Source: Alphaproteobacteria bacterium
GTDB lineage: Bacteria > Pseudomonadota > Alphaproteobacteria > UBA828
Assembly: GCA_963422645.2 (NCBI GenBank)
Contig: CAXXVO010000008.1
Coordinates: 352,001-416,000, forward strand
Length of the DNA: 64,000 nucleotides
Direction: 5' to 3'
The translations under genes were made by a program, and so were the position numbers. Positions 59,314-64,000 of the stretch are shown in pieces (positions within the stretch are counted from its first letter, which is position 1; every line of letters begins with the position of its first letter). The notes beneath the pieces are model-generated. The model saw nothing but the letters and a program-made list of their open reading frames with translations. It searched no databases and was not told the origin of the DNA.

Positions 59314-62300
59314 TCCGCGCTGGTCCCGCGGGGTGCGGGTTCGTCCAGAGCCGTGCTCAGCCGTTCGCGCTTGCGCTGCTGACGGGTCGCTACAATCGCC
59401 AGCAGCGGCGGGACGATCAGCAGCGTGAGCACGGCGGAGAGTGCCAGACCACCGATGACCACCGAACCGAGGCCGCGGTAGAGCTCGGAGCCCGCGCCGG
59501 GGAACAACACCAGCGGCAGCATGCCGAACACACTGGTGAGCGTCGACATGAAGATCGGTCGAATCCGATTCCTGGTTGCGGAGACGATCGCGTCCGCGAC
59601 CGCCATCTGCTCCTCCCGCATGTGAAACAGGGTCTGGTGAACGAGCAGGATAGCGTTGTTGACGACAATGCCGACCAGGATGACGAAGCCAAGGAGCGTC
59701 AGCATGTCGAGCGGCTGGAAGGTATAGGTGTTGACCGCCGCAAGCCCCAACAGGCCGCCTGCGGCGGCGAGCGGCACCGAGAGCATGATGACGAAGGGGT
59801 AGACGAAGCTCTCAAAGAGCACGGCCATGATCAGGTAGACGATCGCGATAGCGACCAATAGATTGATCGCCATCGCATCCCACGTGGCCTCGAGGTCGTC
59901 GGCGGTGCCGGACAGCCTGATTTTCACCCCCGGCGGCAGCCCGCGCCCCTCCAACGCCTGCACCACGCCCGTCTCCAGCCTTTCCAGCGCGACCTCGAGC
60001 GGTATGTCCCCGGCAGGGCGGACTTCCAGGGTGATGGTGCGCTCGCGTTCGACGTGGCGAATCTTGGTCGGCCCCGCCGTGACGACGATATCGGCGAGCG
60101 AACTGGCCGGCACGATGGAGCCCGCCCTGGTCACCACCGGCAGGCTCTCGATGCCCTGCGTGCGATCGACGTTGGCGTCCGGCCCCGCCAGAATCAGGTC
60201 GAAGCGCTTGGCGTCGATGGTCACCTCATCCACCTTGAGGCCGTCGTTGTAAGCCTCGATCGTAGCGCCGAACTCACGCGTGGAGACTCCGTTGTCAGCG
60301 AGCTTGACGGGGTCGGGCAACAGGCGCACCTCGGGCGCGCCGAGCTCCAGGCCCGGTTTGGGTCGGAACTGGTTGCCTTGATCGAAGGGTAGCGCCTGGG
60401 CCAGGAGGCCGGTCGCCTGCAGCGCGATACCGAGCACGGTCTCCAGGTCGGGACCCGAGATATCCACATCGATCTTGCGTCCGCCGCCGATCCCGCGGCC
60501 GAACAAGGATGCCTGGCTGACGAAGCCGAAGGTGCCTGGCTCGAAGAACACCGGGGTGCGAATCGGGTCGATCAACTCGCCGGCCCGGTCGGCCTCGACC
60601 GCGACCGCGCCCACGAAGGCCTGATCGCGGAATGTCACGAAGAAGAAGCGCTCCATCTTCGGCGGCTGGCCGGGCTGGGCGTCCGGCCCGGTCTCGGATC
60701 GCCAGAGAGGACGCACCGCGTCCTCGACCGAGCGCGCGATGCCCATGGTGGTCTCGAGATTGTAGCCGGGTGGCGGCAGGAGGACGCCGAACACAAGGTT
60801 GCGGTTGCCGGTCGGCAGGTAGTCGAGCCGGGGCAGCAGCAGCCACGAGACGAAGAGCGCGCCGCCGCAGACCACGACCGCCACCGCGGCCGCACGCAAT
60901 CGGCGGCGCACGACCCATCCGGTGAAGGCCAGCACGACGCGGACGAAGAGCGCGGCCAAGTCGTCGATGATGGGCAAACGAAGCCGGTAGGGCGCTTCCT
61001 CCGCAACCGCATGCGACGCGGAGACATCGCGGTCTCTCCTTCGCCTGCGCCCGAGGATCCGGCTCGCGAGCGACGGGATCACGGTGCTCGCCACGATCAG
61101 CGAAAGCACGACCGAGACCGAGATCGCCACGGCGATGTCGCGGAAGAGCTGGCCGGCCTCCAGCTCCATCACCAGAATTGGCACGAAGACGAGCACCGTG
61201 GTCGCAGCCGAGACGAACACCGCGCCCCAGACCTGCCGCGCGCCGTGATAAGCGGCCTGCAGGCGCCCGTAGCCGTTCTGCCTGAGCCGATAAATGTTCT
61301 CCAGCACCACGATTGCGGCGTCCACCACCATGCCGACGGCGAAGGCGAGGCCCGCGAGCGAGATCACGTTGATCGAACGACCGAGAATCGCCATCGCCAC
61401 GAACGAGCCCACGACCGAGACCGGAATTGCGATGGAGACGATCAGGGTCGCGGAGAAGGAGCGCAGGAAGAGCAGCAGGATCAGCGCGGCCAGCGCGCCG
61501 CCGACGAAAATGTTCTGCTGTACGAGATCGATGGCGGAATTGATGTAGACGGTTTCGTCATAGACCTGATCGAAGACGAGCCCGGCCTGCGGAATCGCCG
61601 CGGCGTTGAGCCCCGCCACGGCCTCCTTGATGCGCGCCATGGTCTCGATCACGTTTGCGCCGGTCTCGCGCACCACGTTGACGGCGAGCGCCGGCTGGCC
61701 GAGCTGGCGAATGCGGGCGACGGGATCCTTGTGACGGTAGGCGACCGTCGCGATATCGCCCATGGTGACCCGGCCGAGCCGGCCCGAGAGCGGGTCGCTC
61801 TCTGAGCGCAGCACGACGCTGGCGATCCGTTCCGGCGTGTTGAGCTCACCGTCGGTGCGCACCACGTAGCGGCGCTTGCCCTCCTCGACATCGCCGGCGG
61901 AGATCGAAGCGTTAGACCGCCGCAGCGCGTCTGCGATCTCGGTCACGGTGAGGCCGTAGCGCGCCATCCGGTCGGGATCGGCGGTGATGCGAAGCTCCCG
62001 TTGGGTGCCGCCGAAAACGTTGACGCGCGCCACACCTTGTACACGCTCCAGGCGCTCCTGAATCACGTCCTCGACGAAGTCGCCGTAGGTGTGGATCGGG
62101 CGCTCGTTGCCCGGTTTTCGCGAGAGGATGAACCAGGCAATCGGCTGGTCTTCCGAGCCGGCAGCGTTGATGATCGGCTCGGCGGCATCGTTTGGCTGGT
62201 CGGGCACCCGGTCCAGCCTGTTGGCAACCAGCACGAGCGCCCGGTCCATGTCGGTGCCGACGGCGAACTCCAGTTCGATCTGACCAACGCCATCGTCGGC

Positions 62301-62549
62301 TGAGCCGATCATGCGGTTCAGCCCTTCGAGACCTTTGAACACCTCCTCCTGCTGAGTGACGATCTCGCGCTCGACCTCGGCGGGGGCTGCGCCAGGCCAG
62401 TAAGTCTCGACGTTGAGGACCGGCTTGCGGACATCGGGCGTGAGCTGGATCGGGATCGTCTGCAGCGCGACGAGGCCGAACATGACCACCATCAGAATCG
62501 CCGCGACGACCGCGATCGGACGGTCGATGGCCAGCCTGATCAGGTTCAT
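59310..62549 (-). CDS. RND efflux permease (AcrB/AcrD/AcrF family)
   Basis: 1079 aa; GMVVDAAIVVLENI, GIVVNNAILLV, RIRPIFMSTLT. Confidence 0.95.
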   Translation of the reverse strand: MNLIRLAIDRPIAVVAAILMVVMFGLVALQTIPIQLTPDVRKPVLNVETYWPGAAPAEVEREIVTQQEEVFKGLEGLNRMIGSADDGVGQIELEFAVGTDMDRALVLVANRLDRVPDQPNDAAEPIINAAGSEDQPIAWFILSRKPGNERPIHTYGDFVEDVIQERLERVQGVARVNVFGGTQRELRITADPDRMARYGLTVTEIADALRRSNASISAGDVEEGKRRYVVRTDGELNTPERIASVVLRSESDPLSGRLGRVTMGDIATVAYRHKDPVARIRQLGQPALAVNVVRETGANVIETMARIKEAVAGLNAAAIPQAGLVFDQVYDETVYINSAIDLVQQNIFVGGALAALILLLFLRSFSATLIVSIAIPVSVVGSFVAMAILGRSINVISLAGLAFAVGMVVDAAIVVLENIYRLRQNGYGRLQAAYHGARQVWGAVFVSAATTVLVFVPILVMELEAGQLFRDIAVAISVSVVLSLIVASTVIPSLASRILGRRRRRDRDVSASHAVAEEAPYRLRLPIIDDLAALFVRVVLAFTGWVVRRRLRAAAVAVVVCGGALFVSWLLLPRLDYLPTGNRNLVFGVLLPPPGYNLETTMGIARSVEDAVRPLWRSETGPDAQPGQPPKMERFFFVTFRDQAFVGAVAVEADRAGELIDPIRTPVFFEPGTFGFVSQASLFGRGIGGGRKIDVDISGPDLETVLGIALQATGLLAQALPFDQGNQFRPKPGLELGAPEVRLLPDPVKLADNGVSTREFGATIEAYNDGLKVDEVTIDAKRFDLILAGPDANVDRTQGIESLPVVTRAGSIVPASSLADIVVTAGPTKIRHVERERTITLEVRPAGDIPLEVALERLETGVVQALEGRGLPPGVKIRLSGTADDLEATWDAMAINLLVAIAIVYLIMAVLFESFVYPFVIMLSVPLAAAGGLLGLAAVNTYTFQPLDMLTLLGFVILVGIVVNNAILLVHQTLFHMREEQMAVADAIVSATRNRIRPIFMSTLTSVFGMLPLVLFPGAGSELYRGLGSVVIGGLALSAVLTLLIVPPLLAIVATRQQRKRERLSTALDEPAPRGTSAE

Positions 62550-62573
62550 CGCTCGGGCACGCCCCTAGCCCGG

Positions 62574-63707
62574 CTAGCCGGCGCCGCCGACGGTGATCGC
62601 CTGACCGGGACGGAGGCGCTCGTTGCCGCGCACCACGACCGGCTCGCCGGGGCCGACACCGCCCATTACCTCGAAGCGGCCGCCGACAGCGACGCCCAGC
62701 TGCACCGGGCGGATTTGTGCCTGCCCGTCCTTGGCGACGTAGACGAAGGCCTGGCCCTGCCTGCGCACGATGGCGTCCTTGTGCACCGTCAGCACGTCGC
62801 GCCCACCCCCGGTCGGCAGCTCCACCGTCGCCGACTGGTTGATCGCGAGCGGCTTGCGCAGCGTCGAGAAGCGCGGCGTGAAGCGAACCTGGCGGGTGCG
62901 CGTGAGAGCGTTCTCCTCGGGCACGACCGTGCGCACGATTGCCGTGTGTTCGGTCCCGTCGTCGAGGACGACCGAGACCTGCGCGCCGGCTTGCAGTGCC
63001 TCAATTCGGCTCGACGGCACATCGGCCTCGACCTCGAGATCCTGGTCATTGACCATGGCCACCACCCGCTCGCCGACACCGAGCCAGGCGCCCACCTCGG
63101 TGTAAACGAGGGTGATGACGCCGGGATAGGGCGCCGTGACCGTGGCCCACTCGAGGTCGATCTCGGCAAGCCTGAGGCTCGCCGACGCGCTGAGCCGAGC
63201 GGCGTCGGCCGTGCCGATCGCGCTCTCGGCGATGATGACCTGCTGCCGAGCGTCCTCGAAGCGGCTCTGACTGAACGCGGCCGATTCCCGCAGCCCCTCG
63301 AAGCGGCGCAACTCCTGTCGGTGCAGCGCCGACTGGGCTGTCAGCCGCTCCACCTGAGCCTGAGCCTCATTGACGATCGCCGCCAGGCGGTTGCGCTCGG
63401 CCCGAAGACGGACCGTGTCGAGTTCGGCGATGGGATCGCCCGTCTCCACGCGATCGCCGACGGCGACGTGGAGCTGGGCCACCGGGCCTGCGGTACGTGC
63501 AGCGACCTCGCCCGCCCGGCGCGCGACCAGGCGCCCGATCACCGGCACGGTCTGAGCCATCGCCTCCATGCGCACCTGGTCGACGGAGACCACGGCCGGC
63601 GGCTGCTGCGCCGCCCCCTCGGGCGCGCCCGCACCGAGCCAGAGCGCCGCGGCGACGGCGGCGGCAGCAAGACCACGAAAGCGGCTCCGTCTCTGGCGCT
63701 CGCTCAC
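62574..63707 (-). CDS. RND efflux periplasmic adaptor (MFP)
   Basis: Signal/anchor, V.VGDRV..G, APYPGVI, coiled-coil hairpin, VVVRGNERLRPG. Confidence 0.93.
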   Translation of the reverse strand: MSERQRRSRFRGLAAAAVAAALWLGAGAPEGAAQQPPAVVSVDQVRMEAMAQTVPVIGRLVARRAGEVAARTAGPVAQLHVAVGDRVETGDPIAELDTVRLRAERNRLAAIVNEAQAQVERLTAQSALHRQELRRFEGLRESAAFSQSRFEDARQQVIIAESAIGTADAARLSASASLRLAEIDLEWATVTAPYPGVITLVYTEVGAWLGVGERVVAMVNDQDLEVEADVPSSRIEALQAGAQVSVVLDDGTEHTAIVRTVVPEENALTRTRQVRFTPRFSTLRKPLAINQSATVELPTGGGRDVLTVHKDAIVRRQGQAFVYVAKDGQAQIRPVQLGVAVGGRFEVMGGVGPGEPVVVRGNERLRPGQAITVGGAG

Positions 63708-64000
63708 CGAATGTCTCCCCTGCCCGGTCCCCTCTTCCGCGATCGAGCGACCACCCCCGCGCGGTTCAGGGCGATGATCTCCGGCGCCGCCATGCGCCCG
63801 CTCCCGATTGCGTCGTCGGGCTCCATGAAGAGCAGCTCGACCGGCTCATCCGGCGGCGTCACCGGCTCGCCGCCTCCCCGAACCTCGTAGAACATGGGCG
63901 TGTAGAGCCCGTGAATCCAGTGACTGTAAAGGGTTCCCGGCGCATGGAGCAGGCGAATGGGCTCGATCTCGAGGTTCCCCTCCTCCATGAACTCGCGCCT
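63704..64000 (-). CDS. NUDIX hydrolase, 5' part outside window
   Basis: The frame from the window end reads RREFMEEGNL (end of a Nudix box). Confidence 0.6.
   Translation of the reverse strand, partial: RREFMEEGNLEIEPIRLLHAPGTLYSHWIHGLYTPMFYEVRGGGEPVTPPDEPVELLFMEPDDAIGSGRMAAPEIIALNRAGVVARSRKRGPGRGDIR

Overview
GC-rich bacterial window, probably from an alphaproteobacterium (rsmB-rpe-heparinase II/III synteny, membrane cytochrome c). A host-associated or marine-symbiont lifestyle is my inference from gene content. (1) 1-8070: an IS1595-family end interrupting a catabolic cluster of two enolase-superfamily genes, a PotABCD-like ABC transporter and a Rieske oxygenase. (2) ~8100-44100: a decayed ~36 kb accessory island with HigBA, a frameshifted SWIM-SNF2 gene, an AbiEii remnant split by a 110-bp MITE, an Rpn nuclease, three arm-type tyrosine recombinases and two 'variable surface lipoprotein + Slam (T11SS)' cassettes that share a nearly identical leader/signal peptide. 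(3) 44372-64000: mostly core genes (cytochrome c, PQQ sugar dehydrogenase, rsmB, rpe, cspA, nfi, RND efflux) plus a DUF433/PIN toxin-antitoxin pair split by an IS dimer. One 1888-bp single-ORF IS66-family element ('IS-A') occurs 7 times: intact, frameshifted, truncated, tandem, and fused in frame to an integrase. A related 2508-bp element ('IS-B') carrying a Dam-like adenine methyltransferase is nested in one copy. The best candidates for an undescribed system are the recombinase-linked lipoprotein/Slam cassettes and the methyltransferase-carrying IS66. No tRNA, rRNA or CRISPR array was seen. All family calls come from motif recognition by eye, not database searches.
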